A stretch of DNA of 63,769 bases, counting the filler, from Octopus bimaculoides (lineage: Eukaryota): the NCBI RefSeq assembly GCF_001194135.2. It is 5 parts of 5 records of this genome, joined end to end, with 100 filler letters (N's around TTAATTAATTAA, not from the genome) between each part and the next. Parts side by side here need not be neighbours in the genome. Positions count along the whole stretch, not along the records: positions 36,585 to 50,414 come from NC_068985.1; positions 50,515 to 58,901 come from NC_068987.1; 3 more parts are not named here. One strand, given 5' to 3'. Positions 40,244 through 53,236 of this stretch are shown in pieces (within the stretch, counting starts at the first letter, position 1; every line of letters begins with the position of its first letter). The notes beneath the pieces are model-generated. The model did not search any database, was not told the origin of the DNA, and was given only the letters and a program-made list of their open reading frames with translations. The position numbers were made by a program, and so were the translations under genes.

Positions 40244-43200
40244 CCGTTATTCACACTTTTTGTTTTGTTTGTGCGCGTGTGTGTGTGGGTTAGTGTACGT
40301 GTGTGCATACACATGCATGTATGTATGTATGTAATGTATGTATGTATGTATGTATGTATGTATGTGTGTATGCATGTATGTGTGTGTACATACGTATATA
40401 TGTATGTATGTATGTGTGCATTTCTATCTATGTATTCTGCATATTCATGTGTTTGCATGTCCGTGTTTGTGTTTTTATGTATGTGTGTGTGTCTTTGCAT
40501 GTGTATGTGTGTGTACCTCTGTCTCCTAGTGTGTGCATGTCTGAGTGTGTGTGCGCGCGCGTATGTGTGTGTGTGTGCGTGTTTTACAATTATGTACCGT
40601 GTTTGTATGTATGGATGTGCATCTCCATGTGTGTGGACGTGTGTCTCCATATGTGTCCTTGTGTGAAGTAAAGTGTGTGTGTATATATGGTCATGTGTTT
40701 CAGTCTTCAATTGTGTATGGGTGCGTAAGTGTGCTTGCCTGTTCATATAACCTATGTACCTATCCGTTTGTATGTTGATCTGCTTATTTTCATATGTATA
40801 TGCTTACATACAAGTGCATATACATATATATACATACACCCACACACACATTTCTACTCTACCTGTGTAAACTGTGGATACGGGGGTATGATATCTACTA
40901 TGTATATTTCCTATTTAGTATTGGGGAAGTTTCATTTATGAGGACGTACTCCTGTATTTGTCTAAGTGTTGGGTCCTTTGGGTCCTTGAATAAGATGCGG
41001 ATGTCAAGTCCCAGGTTGCCTCTATGTTGGTCCTTGGCATGTTGGTAGAGTATGGAGGACTGTCTTTTGTCGTCATATTGTCTCAAATCTTCATTTAGCC
41101 GTTCCGCAATGCTCCTAGATGTCTCCCCTATGTATGTCATGTTCATATCTTTACAAGCACTTTCTATGCATCTTACGCTGTAAACTACATTTCTAGTTCT
41201 ACAGTTGATGCCAGGGCTAATCCTACATACCATGCAGTTATCATTGGTACATATGGTATTCTTAAAGGGGTACGTCCTACATAGTTGGGATCTAACGGAG
41301 TTCCCTGGCTTTTCAACAATCTTAATGTTGAGTTTGGTCTCCTTCAGAGCTTTTCTAAATCTACGGGCTAGTTCTTCATAGGCTGTGGCCTCTACAAACA
41401 TCACTCCTTCATATTTGTCGGTTTTATACTACGTACTCGCCCTGTTTGCTTTGTCAAAAGTTCTTTGTATCCTATTCTAGTCTTTGTTTCTATATCTAGG
41501 GCAGGTACCACTGCCATCATTACATACAATGTTATCTAATTTCTTTCTAGCACCCCTGTATCTTATCTTTCTGATCTTATCCAGAGAATTGCATGTGGTG
41601 CATGAAGTTTTGTATATCTTTTTTCGTTTCATAGGGTTTGCATAGTGGGGAGATGTTGTTCATTATCCTAACTAAGTCTTCTATCAGTATGTTAATTTTC
41701 ATGTTGTGTGACAAAGCTGAGTTCTTGTAAACATATTTCGAAGCTATGGGTTTCATGTAATAGGAGTGGAGGAGCTGCACTCTATTGTTCACAGTCTCTA
41801 ACCAAAGTTCAGTATCAAGGATTGAGAGTCTATTGTTGGGGTGCCTAGTGGGGTAATCTATGGTTACCTTGATATTTTTGTGGATGGAGTTAGCTACTTG
41901 CTGGATGCTCTCCATTACGTTCCTCTCAGTTTCTACACTACCGTTATTAGAGTTGGTCTTAACTATTATATTAATGTCATCTACATACCTACTGTAGAGT
42001 AGAATAGCTGTGGACTGTTCTACTAACAATTGCCTAAGTTTTCTGTCCCACCAGGTCATGAAGAGGCCGGCCACATCTCCAGCTACAACGACACCGATGG
42101 CTGCACCTTGAACCTGCATGCATAGTTTTTTGTTAAACTTTACTATGTGGTTCTTCAAGGTGGTTTTTACACTGGCCCTTATTGCATATGTAATCATTTC
42201 TTTCACCTGATTGTTATTCGTTCTCAGGGTTTTGGGTGGGTGCAGTTCAGCCACTCCAGCGCTCAGTGGTGATGGGTGGTCTTCCCCTCTGTGACCTGGT
42301 GGGGCTGAATCTACTGATGTCATATTCATCTAAATAGTCACTGTCATAGCTTAGTATAAGGAGGAGGCCCAGTTCTCTCGTGATGACCTTATGGAACTCT
42401 ACTTCACTTTCACAGATTACCTGAATGCATTTCTCCACAGCAAAATCTATGTCTATAGATGGGTAGAGTGAAATCATATCCATACTACCCACCACACAAC
42501 CTGTGAGATCGTTGGAGTTGTTGCAAGTACTGATTTTACTGAGGAGATCTTCCGTGCTCACACAGACACCTGGAGACATCTCTATCAGAGGTCGTAATAC
42601 CTGTGAGAGGAAGTAGGACAGTCTGTAGTTGCTGGAGATATTCGCTTCGCAAACTGGTCTGGTTGGGGGCTCCATGATACGGTTTACGTAGGGTTTGTGG
42701 TCTTTGCATAACCCGTAGAGTGTAAGAAATTGTGTGCCGTCCTTTTCATAGGTTGGAGTATTCCCATGTGTGCACTGAGGAGTTTTTCCACTCTTTCATG
42801 TTCCTGTGGTGCAGCTTCTCTCCTGCTACTAATGTGTTGTTGCATGGTCTGGACATAGTTCTGTGGGCTGTCTATTGACGGTCTGCTAGGCTTGTTCGTA
42901 GGAAGGCACACTAATTTTGTTGTTCCTAATTCGCTGTTTCAGTTTTTTGTAGACCTTTGTCAACAGATGAACTGAATAGGAAATATACATGGTAGATATC
43001 ATACCCCCATACCCACAGTTTACACAGGTGGAGTAGAATAGTTAGTGGGCTGTTATGTAGATGTATGTATGTATGTATGTATGTATGTATGTATGTATGT
43101 GTGTGGGTGTATGTTTATATATGTATATACACATGTATGTAAGCATATGGATATGAAAGTAAACAGATCAACATACAAACGGATAGGTACATAGGTTATA

Positions 43201-43617
43201 TGAACAGATAAGCACACATACACAAATGAAAACTGAAACACATGACCATATATACACACACACACACATACATACACACACACACACATACACACACACT
43301 CAGATATGCACACAAGGAGACAGAAGTACGCACACACACACGCACACACATACACACATGCACACACACACACACACATACATAAAAACATACAAACACG
43401 AACATGCAAACTCATGAATATGCAGAATACATACATACAAATGCACAGACATGCATATATATATACATATGCACGCACGCACACATACATGCATACACAC
43501 ACATGCACACATGCATACATGCATGTGTATGCACACACACACACACGCACACACACACACACACTAACCCACACACATACGCACAAACAAACAAAAAGAA
43601 CGCAATGTGAATAACGG
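40244..43617 (-). mobile_element. Penelope-like element 3 (Cys-rich linker, Neptune/Nematis-like): RT + GIY-YIG, 5'-truncated, with inverted pseudo-LTRs
   Basis: RT motifs GSMDMISLYPSI, QVQGAAIG and YSRYVDD; endonuclease NVVYSVRC...YIGETSRSIAERLNE; frameshifted. Inverted arms at 40244-40917 and 42973-43617. Confidence 0.92.
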
Positions 43618-43801
43618 ACAGAGTCAAAACTATTGAAAAGGTTGCAAGACGCAACGAAAATTTTAGAAAAATAGAAAAGAAATAAGTGAAAATTTTACCG
43701 GTGAGGGAGGTAAATTATAAGGCACTGAAAGAGAATGATTCTCCCTAGACACAACAGAATATATATTTTTACTTATACTTATACATACATACATACATAC
43801 A

Positions 43802-43830
<29 letters not shown>

Positions 43831-43833
<3 letters not shown>

Positions 43834-43905
43834 CTTATCCATCAAATGCTCTCAGTCTCGGAAGGTGAGAATGAGCGCTCAACAGCGCATTTGATGGATA
43901 AGTAT
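43831..43905. mobile_element. 75-bp perfect-stem hairpin, possibly an ultra-short TA-targeting MITE
   Basis: atacttatccatcaaatgc (43831-43849) is the exact reverse complement of 43887-43905; 37-nt loop; TA at both outer ends. Confidence 0.55.
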
Positions 43906-44619
43906 TCTTTATTAGGGGATTAACAACGCTACCAACGATTTCATGTGGAAAATATTTCCACATGCGATCCACTTAAAAATGCTAATTGCCTCCATTTTGA
44001 ATGAGAATATACAAGGATACGCGAAAATACACGAAAATACACTAGAAAATGTGGGACTTCAAAATGAATATAGAAATGAGGGGAACTAGCTTTTAAGAAT
44101 TTCTTAATTGTTATTATCCTTGCATTAACCATTGATTTTTCAAGAAATTTCGTTCAGCACAAATTAATTACATTGAGCGTGAACGTTCACATATATTCAT
44201 ATTGTTGTCTGTGCATGCAAGGAGCAGTTTCTTCCCTAATATTCAAAATGTTCACTGTTGATGTTATGTTGTTTAATTTCTCTGTGATCCAGAGTTTGCA
44301 TCTACTGCCTCTATATTTGCTGGCTATTGCACCCCAAATTATATGGGGGCTGTTACGCTCTTGTATTGGATAAAGTTATTGCATGTCTTTTGTTTTAACT
44401 CTTAACTCTTAATTGCATGTCTTAACTATAAACGAAGCCAAGTACTGTGTGCATTTCCCTTTGATGGTATTTTTCAGCAATTCTTATGTAAGTTTGAATA
44501 AGCGGATATCGGTAAGTTTCAGAAATTGTCTAGCTATACTGTAACTACATTCATGCTGTACGGAGGATCATACTATATTTTCCTATTCTTACGTCTTTTG
44601 ACTTATCTTCGTTAGGTTA

Positions 44620-45480
44620 GATATAGGTTATGCTGTTCTTAAAATTAGAACTTTTTAATGCAGCGTTGTGAAATTAGATGCTTTTTGAAAGTTGCTTCAT
44701 TAGATGATAAGTTGGAAACATGCCTACTAATGCTTTTAACTAATTGTTTGACTATTAACGCAGGATAGTTAGAACCTCTGTCAATGTAAGAAGTGTCCTC
44801 GTTTGGTTTATGGAAATGTTTAAATTTGCCTGTACTAAGATTCATAATAATGTCTAGGAAATTTACATCTTTTAGTGCTAATTGTAGTTTCCAAGTTGGG
44901 TTTACTAAATGTTTTGCATTTTCCTATTTTATCTATATTGTCGCTATTTGTATTCTGTATTACTCCTAGACTGCTGTCCTTATATAACCCTAAGCCAGCA
45001 TCTTTTATTTCATTGTTAAGAAAATGTAGGATGTAGAGGCCAAACAGATCCGTTACCCTGCTCCATCATTGCGTCTCATAGCGACATCAAATAGTTCGTT
45101 CTCATTCTTCACCTGTTAGGTATTTTTGTGAAAAGGCAAGGATTTCTTTGCATTTATTATAATAGTTATATTGGAGTTAGTGGCCGTTGTATATGTTTTA
45201 CTATACTTGAGTGCCTGTTGGAGGAGATTTTTGGAGACCGATGTTGAATTGGATGATTTTGCATTTGGGTTTATCTTTAATTTTCTTACACCATTCAATG
45301 ATTTTAATGCTACATATCCACTTGGTACGGTTTGAAGAAGCTCCGATGTTATTGGTATATCTGCCAGGGTTACAAATACTATTCTGCCTTCGATATCAAA
45401 TTTCATGGCTAGGTTTTCTTCCTCATCGATGATTAAATTATCGGTCCTTGGGTTTGTTTCTTTTATATGTTTTTGTCATG
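44620..45480 (-). mobile_element. Penelope-like element 4, degenerate RT
   Basis: FVTLAD...LKINPNAKS, FDVAM...GAG.TDLFGLYIL, LYKDSSLG, MNLSTGKFKHFHKPNEDTSYIDRGSNYP. Confidence 0.8.
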
Positions 45481-45890
45481 CTATCAATTTTCTTTTATTA
45501 ATGCATTTGGAGAGTTCTTAAAAGGATGAAAAAAAGCGTGTAATTTATACTGGAAGCTATTCGATCTATGATTGAATGTCACATTTTTAACCAGTTTTAT
45601 TGTCATTTTCAAGTCTATCTAGATCGTTAAAATGCGGTGGGTCTTTACAGAATCTGAAGCCGTAACAGTCCTCTGCCTGAGAACTGGATATACTTTTATC
45701 GAAGAAATAGGCCTTACATTTCATTCTCCTCAAGGTCTGTCTTATTGAGATGTTTTATATAGACTTTCCTTGGTGGAATAGGAATGTTCTTCAGTGATCT
45801 TTTCATTTGGTGTTTTTTTTTCGTTCCAGTGTATGTATGTATGTATGTATGTATGTATGTATGTATGTATGTATGTATGCATGTATGTAT

Positions 45891-46330
45891 GTCTTGTTGT
45901 CACAGCGTCTTACTGCGAGAGGAACACTGGTGTAAAAAGTGCGGTTTCACGTTGACTACTGGTCATTTCGCTTCAGCATGTCACTGGGTACTAACTACGG
46001 AGACACAGAGATTGGTACTCGTGTTGTAAAAGCGTTTATCACTATAGTCCAATGATGCACAGATGTCTTTTTATGGTGACTTCATTTGACATTCCATCTA
46101 CTGAAAGTTTTATGGCGATGAACGTGAGGCGACGTATGCAGACGTAACCAGGTCTGCATACGTCGTATGTCATCTGTGCTTCAAATCATGCAGATCTACA
46201 ACGGGACTGAATAGTTCCCCGGGAGATCATAGACAGAAAGTTGGAAATATGACTGAAAACAGTGGAGCAATCATCATGTATGTATGTATGTATGTATGTA
46301 TGTATGTATGTATGTATTATGTATGTGTGT
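45891..46330 (+). mobile_element. RTE LINE 3' fragment with one degenerate zinc finger and (ATGT)n tail, embedded in (TATG)n
   Basis: VCHLCFKSCRSTTGLNS near 46165-46215; (tatg)n on both sides. Confidence 0.6.
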
Positions 46331-46386
46331 ATGTATGTTTCGAGTTAAACTGCAACCGTAGTATCGTTATACTTTTAGAGAAACCA

Positions 46387-47098
46387 CTGTTTGGCTGCTA
46401 CTTTTCAATTTCTTAAATTTTGTTTCAATTAATTTCAGATTGGGTGTGTTGATGTAGTTTTGTATGCTCATTATTTACAGAAAATTCATTTTTGCAATTA
46501 ATCAATAAATAAGCACTTAACAGCTTTTAAAGTTTGCAAATTTTGGGTAATTTTAGCCACTCGAAAGCCACAGACATATAGGTGCCTGTTTCTATAGTAA
46601 CAAACTAAGTGTGGGAACTCTCCTGTATAAACCAGGTGTGTTTACGAAAAATGTACGTTTACGAAATATTTAATTTGTTTACAGTTTGTTTTTTTCTGCT
46701 CTTAAAACTACAAGATATGTTGTTTACTCTTTTCTTTTTTTTTTCTTTTTTTTTCGCATTAAATGCATATTGAATGCTTAAAACTACAAAATATATGTTG
46801 TTTACTCGTTTTGGGTCATTTTTCGCTTATCAAATGCTTAAAACACGAGTTATAGTTGCAATGTTGGCATTATTGTTTTATTGTCATATGATTACAGTCA
46901 CGCACAAAATGACAGCTTCCAAATCCTGTTTTCTAATTGGGAAAAAATTATCAAACTTTGAACCTCTGCAACTTTTTTTTTAAAACTTCTGGAGCAAGTG
47001 AATTAGGCCCTAAGATTTAGCGTGAAAACTTACATCAATACACCAAATTTGAAAAATTTCATTTAATTTTAAAATTTCAGAAAAGTGATCCCAAACAG
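46387..47098. mobile_element. Old non-autonomous DNA element with long degenerate TIRs
   Basis: ctgtttgg..acttttc...ttgggtgtgttgatgtagtttt at the left versus aaaacttacatcaatacaccaaa...gaaaagtgatcccaaacag at the right. Confidence 0.45.
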
Positions 47099-48699
47099 AA
47101 AAGATCCAATGCTGATTCAAGTGCGTTTTAACAGCGAAATCAACACCAGCTTCTCGACAAAGGTTGTCTGACCTACCCTTGTAAAATAAAATGTAATCAG
47201 ATCCTAATTCTTCTAACTGACCGTCATCAGAAAGCCTCGTATCTGAGAGTACAGCTATATGGAGGTTATATCGAGATAATTCCCAGTTTTAAAATGCATT
47301 GCAGCACTGAGGATTAGTATATCTTGACAAGTCTAAAAGGTAACTACATTCCAGCATATGATCTTAAAGACTTGATCTTTTCGAAGATGTATTAACTCAG
47401 CGGTTTGTTGAACATTTGTATTTCACCCCCATGAGTGAACAACGGCCAGCCGCGGGACATTGGCCAGTTTGTAAGCTTTGTTTAGACCACCTTTTCTAGG
47501 TTCCACCTGAAAGCAAATGAGCAGAGCTATTCCTGAAAAGGGACAAAGATAGATAGATAGATAGATAGATAAAAGTTGCTTGACCCTACGATGACCCTCA
47601 ATTTCAGGGTTTTGTGCTTGTAATTAAAATACACATTAACGTGTGTGCGCGCGCGCGCATTCACATATATTGCCATTCCCTAAATTTCATTATCCTGTTC
47701 GACAGTGGAGTGTTTTGGTACACTGGTCATATTTATGAAAGAAAGTTAAGACTATTTGGTTTCCAAAACTTCAATTTTTAATTTACTCGTTTAATTATAA
47801 AAGTATCTCTTTCGCGTAATATCACTCTACAGATAAAAACAATTGTTCTTTCTTTCAACTTTGGAATATGACTTGTTTTCCATTAAACCTAATTTTTTCT
47901 TTCTTTCCTTTTTCCTTTTATTTTTCAACATTGTCAACCTACCAATTTGTTATTATTGTTATTTTCGTGTTATGTTCGCTAAAAATTTAACTGATGATAG
48001 TAATTCAGTATCTGACACTTGCCAGTTTCATTGCTCGACTCTATTTTGCGATTTTCACTAGCCAGTAATTTTCAGCTATCTCCTGTTGAACATCAGTTAT
48101 TGTTTCAGCCGATTATAAGTTCCCAGTCGTAAGTAGGTAGATTTTTAAAAAATCGGAAAAAATGTCGAAACATAAAAATAAACTCGATGACGCTTTAAAC
48201 AACACGTTTTAATTGCAATCCAAAATACCCTCTTCTCTCACAAAGTGATTTGAACTGTAACATCTGCAGACGCCGTTTTTATTAACAAATTTAAAAGTAG
48301 AGTTGTAAGATCAAATATCATTACATGGTTGTTTGAAGTTAAGAGGGCTCCATAAATATTACGATTCCTTTTCAAACCTATCATTTTTCTAAACCTTATT
48401 CATTTCTAGGGCCCCGTGAAAGAGAAACATACTTTTGAAGCAAAATAATTTAATGGAAACGAAACGCTTTAATGGAAATGAAGCCCTTGATTTGCAATAC
48501 TCGATCTGCTGTTAATCACTTGACCCCTTTTCTATTAACATTTGATTTACTTGGCTGCAGGCCTACTTATCTGTCCCAGACTTAAGAATAACAGAAGAAT
48601 GTGTAAACAGTTTGGTTTAGTATGCCTGTGGCTAAATTAAATGAAGTTTGTTTACACAGCTCAAAAAAATTGAAGGTGAGAAATCACCGCATCCTAGTG

Positions 48700-49340
48700 A
48701 CATGGATAGCGAAGATCCATCTTCGGATCTAGACTAAGCCAGGTAGTTTTCTGTCAGAGTAAAGTATGTATCTATGTTGTTTCAGAACACAGAATCTTGA
48801 CATCATTATAAAGAAAGGTGATGGCAAACTGGATAGGCACTGTTATCATTTTAAAAATTCAATGTTTTATACTATTTGTGACCATGGTGAGCAGCATTTG
48901 AGAAAGTGGCTCCTGTACAACCCATCAAAGAGTGCTGGTTATTGCTTTTACTGTACCATGATGTCAAGCTGCAATGACAGCTTTTCCAACATGGCTTTAA
49001 TTACTGAGCAAAAAAGCAGAGGAAAAAATGAAAAGACATGAACAAAGCCAAGGTCACAAAGATTTTGTGCTGCAGTCCAANNNNNNNNNNNNNNNNNNNN
49101 NNNNNNNNNNNNNNNNNNNNNNNNNNNNNNNNNNNNNNNNNNNNNNNNNNNNNNNNNNNNNNNNNNNNNNNNNNNNNNNNNNNNNNNNNNNNNNNNNNNN
49201 NNNNNNNNNNNNNNNNNNNNNNNNNNNNNNNNNNNNNNNNNNNNNNNNNNNNNNNNNNNNNNNNNNNNNNNNNNNNNNNNGAGAGTTGGTTTAAAAGACG
49301 TTGAAACTGCCCCTAATGGCCAATTCCTACCTTGGAAACA
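48700..49340 (+). mobile_element. hAT transposase fragment (TTF-type zinc finger, ZMYM1-like)
   Basis: FKNSMFY...GEQHLRKWLLYNPSKSAGYCFYC...MKRHEQSQGH matches the W..YS......CF.C...HE.S..H pattern; frameshifted and interrupted by a gap. Confidence 0.75.
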
Positions 49341-49456
49341 CAATAAAACGAAAGTTGGGTGCTTCACACACCTTATAGACAAAAATGATAACAATATGTG
49401 GGCAATAAATGGTCAGAATAAAGATTACCTTCGGAGCCGATGTGTCAACATATCCG

Positions 49457-49541
<85 letters not shown>

Positions 49542-49700
49542 TCTCATATATGTTGCTATAAAAACATCTCTAGTTGTTAAAGAAGGGTTTTGTTAGGGGA
49601 GATTTTCAGTTTTATTTTTTTGTTGTCGAAGATTCATCGTTTTGTCAATGACTATGTATGTATGTATGTATGTATGTATGTATGTATGTATGTATGTATG

Positions 49701-49890
49701 TCAGGTCACTTTCGAGTGCTACTGGTAACATGTAACCCAGTACAACCTGTTGCATGGTCGGGCCGTCGGCGACTAAACTGGCAATCCCACCAAGTTTCCT
49801 TGGTGAGGAGGGTGTTTATTGGACACCCTGCGGGATGAAAAACAAACCCCGCCAAAGGGCGGAGGAACTCTTGCGAGTCAACGGCCATCC
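49701..49890 (+). mobile_element. Interspersed repeat, probably a LINE 5'UTR fragment, preceded by (TATG)n
   Basis: A diverged second copy lies at ~34880-35020 (actggtaacatg...gttgcatggtcgg...cttggtgagga). Confidence 0.45.
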
Positions 49891-50107
49891 AATATGTTTG
49901 TAGTTATGTATTTACTCTATATCCCAACTTTTTTCTCACTAATTTTAGATATTGTAAATTTTTACAGTTTGCTCATTATATATGTAGGAACGACCGTGCG
50001 AACTCAAAAAGGAGAAATGGTGACGAATGGAAAAACAGAGGACTCCTTTTATTTAAACGTGTCACACGGTCGAACACAAAATAATATATCAAAGATGATA
50101 GACATGA

Positions 50108-50414
50108 TGTTATACGACAGTAATGAAAGATGACCAGTAATGAAAGACCACAACCGTATTAGATGAATAACAGAGATATTTATTGTAGCATTAAAGATGT
50201 ATGTGTATGTGAGAGTGTGAATGCGACGTATAAGAATATAATAAAAGACAGGCTGTCATACAAAGAAAAGTGTGTATGTGAGTGATACATGTATGTGTAT
50301 GTGAGATATTACAGCAGATAGAAAGAGTCAGTAACGCGTGAGCATTTATACCAGTTCTTGAGTACACAATTGGAAGAGTCTGTATGTGAAAGTAGTTGAG
50401 GCTGTGAGTGTGGT
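50108..50414 (-). mobile_element. Putative LTR 3' portion
   Basis: Minus strand has TATAAA (~50345), AATAAA (~50180) and a terminal ...TATAACA at 50108; truncated by the spacer. Confidence 0.35.
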
Positions 50415-50514
50415 NNNNNNNNNNNNNNNNNNNNNNNNNNNNNNNNNNNNNNNNNNNNTTAATTAATTAANNNNNNNNNNNNNNNNNNNNNNNNNNNNNN
50501 NNNNNNNNNNNNNN
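50415..50514. other. Artificial scaffold-join spacer (N44-TTAATTAATTAA-N44)
   Basis: 12-mer at 50459-50470; 100 bp total. Confidence 0.95.
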
Positions 50515-51019
50515 CCTCCCTCTCCACCACCACCACCACCACCACCACCACCACCACGATCATCATCATCATCTACAAGACCCGGACATTACTGTGTCGA
50601 GTCCTAGGAGTCAAAGGGCCGATTACTCGATTCCCAAGAGATCAATGCATTCCTCATGCCAGTCCGTTCGAAGGTTATTCATTTACAACTAACTAAACTG
50701 GAGAAACGGGAAATAAGTATTTGGTTCAGCATCCGAAAGCACGATCTTGTGATTACGAATGCAACACCCTAACCTGGTTAGGGTGTTGCACTAGCTCAGG
50801 AGTTCTCGGCCATTTCTTATCTGTAGACCCTTTTGATTACTATTTCATTCCGGTGGAACCCTATAACCATTTGATGTTTAAAAACTAGTTTTATAGAAGC
50901 TTCTTTCAAAATTCCTATTTCGTTATTTGCACATTAACTTGCGTAGGTTGAACTACGTAAAATGTTAGAGAAAGAAACCCGTTTCTTACAACACATAATG
51001 TCTTTAATGCGCCCTTTTA

Positions 51020-51250
51020 AAGCTTAGCCAGGCTCATGGGCCCAGTTTCCCGGTTTCAATGGCGTATGTGTTCCCCTAGTCGGACGGGACGCCAGTCCAT
51101 CGCAACGTTACTCATTTTTGCCAGCTGAGTGGACAGGAGCAACGTGAAATGAAGTGTTTTGCTCAAGAACACAACGCGTCGCTCGGTCCAGGAATCGAAA
51201 CCACAATCTTACGATCATGATGTTGACACCCTAACTACTAAGCCATGTGC
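51020..51250 (-). mobile_element. Family C tRNA-derived SINE
   Basis: ttactcatttttgccagctgagtgga...gctcaagaacacaacgcgtcgctcggtccaggaatcgaaacc. Confidence 0.8.
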
Positions 51251-52883
51251 CTCTACTTTTACAACACATACTGATACATATATCTAAAGCAACATTTTTC
51301 TGGGTCCCTTGAAGTTTTGTTGTGAATCTCCGATTTTCTGTTTTATTGCGTGGACCCCACCAAAGATCTTTTAGGGACCCCCAGTTGAGAACCACAGCAC
51401 TAAATGAATTATAACCACTCTATCACCACCATGTAGAGGATGTGTCACAATTGCTTAATAAGACAACTCCATATAAGAAAGGGAGATAATCTCAAGAATC
51501 AAAATTTCACAAAAGTTGACATGCCATTAAGGAAGAGGACAGGCTTCTGCCTCAATGCCCGTCATCAGCTCGACAATTGTGCTAACCTATATCTAGCAGC
51601 GAAATGACATAAACTTATACCAGAAGAATAGAACACATTGACGTCCTAGGTAATTTGCATAAATTAAACAAAGATGAGCGGGGAGAAATTACTCAGGGTG
51701 GCAACGGCATATATATGAACAGCTTAGACAGGTAGCAGCATGTCAAATACGATGCAGCATGAATTATCTCTGCCTCCAAAAGATGTGTCTCGAGTATCAA
51801 ATCCTGCCAAGGTCTAGTGGTCGTCGGCCTTTGAGTAGCTCTTGTGCATGTGAACCTTCTCCAGCGATTTGGGTGGGGTGGGGGCCGGATCCTTAAGTAG
51901 ATTACTGGAGCTTCGGCTCTCTGGACAGGTGGAATTTGAACTCAGAATGTAAAGAGCCGAAAGATATACCGTAAAGCACTTCTGCCGACGCACCAACGCT
52001 CCTGCGACTACTCCCCTGCAGAGTAGCGTGAAATGAAGAATTTTGGTGAAGAACACAACACACCGTTGCTCGGTCCGGCAACCGAACCAACGATCTAGCG
52101 ATCGCGAGTGCAACATCCTAACCTGTTGTCCACGCGCCGAGGTCAGCTTTGCTTTATATCCTTTCGGGAGTCGATAAAAAATAAGAAGTTGGTGTGTTTA
52201 TGTCCTCATAACATAGCGGATCGGCAAAATAGACCGATAGAATAAGTACTAGGCTTACAAAGAATAAATTCTGTGGTCAATTTGTTCGACTAAAGGCGGT
52301 GCTCCAGCATGACCGGAGTCAAATTGATTGAAACGAGTGAAAGATAAAAAAGATTAAAAGATACCAGTTTAATACTGGGCTCCATAAAATCGACTGTGCC
52401 GTGCTCCTCCTCTCCTAACGTATGGCCGGGTGCCAGCGTCACAACTCATTAATTTACCTGCGGAAGTTTAAAAAACACATGTGATGTCTATTAGTAAGGT
52501 GAGAGATTTCNNNNNNNNNNNNNNNNNNNNNNNNNNNNNNNNNNNNNNNNNNNNNNNNNNNNNNNNNNNNNNNNNNNNNNNNNNNNNNNNNNNNNNNNNN
52601 NNNNNNNNNNNNNNNNNNNNNNNNNNNNNNNNNNNNNNNNNNNNNNNNNNNNNNNNNNNNNNNNNNNNNNNNNNNNNNNNNNNNNNNNNNNNNNNNNNNN
52701 NNNNNNNNNNNNNGTGGGTAGAGGTGGTAGCAATAAGGGTGGTTGGTAGCTGATAAGGGTGGTGTTTGGCAGTCATCGTTGTTTTCGTGGCGGTGGTGGG
52801 TAATGCTGAACCTGTTAGTCAGAGGTGAAGAAGAAGAAGAAGAAGAAGAAGAAGAAGAAGAAGAAGAAGAAGAAGAAGAAGGA

Positions 52884-52916
<33 letters not shown>

Positions 52917-53187
52917 AACGTTGCTACTGTTGTTGATGCTGCTGATGATATGATAATGATGATGTGCTGGTGATAACGATGTTTGTTACGGAGTTGTTGT
53001 TGTTGTTGTTGTTACTGATTATGGAGTTCATAATGATGATGATGACGACGATGATGATGATGATGTTGATGATGCAGCGAAGAACGATAGTAAAATGATA
53101 TCTATACTGTTAGTAGTGTATTGTCAGCGACGGTAGTAGCAGAGAGATGGGTGTTGGTGGTGGCGAATGGTAATATATATATGTGCG

Positions 53188-53236
<49 letters not shown>

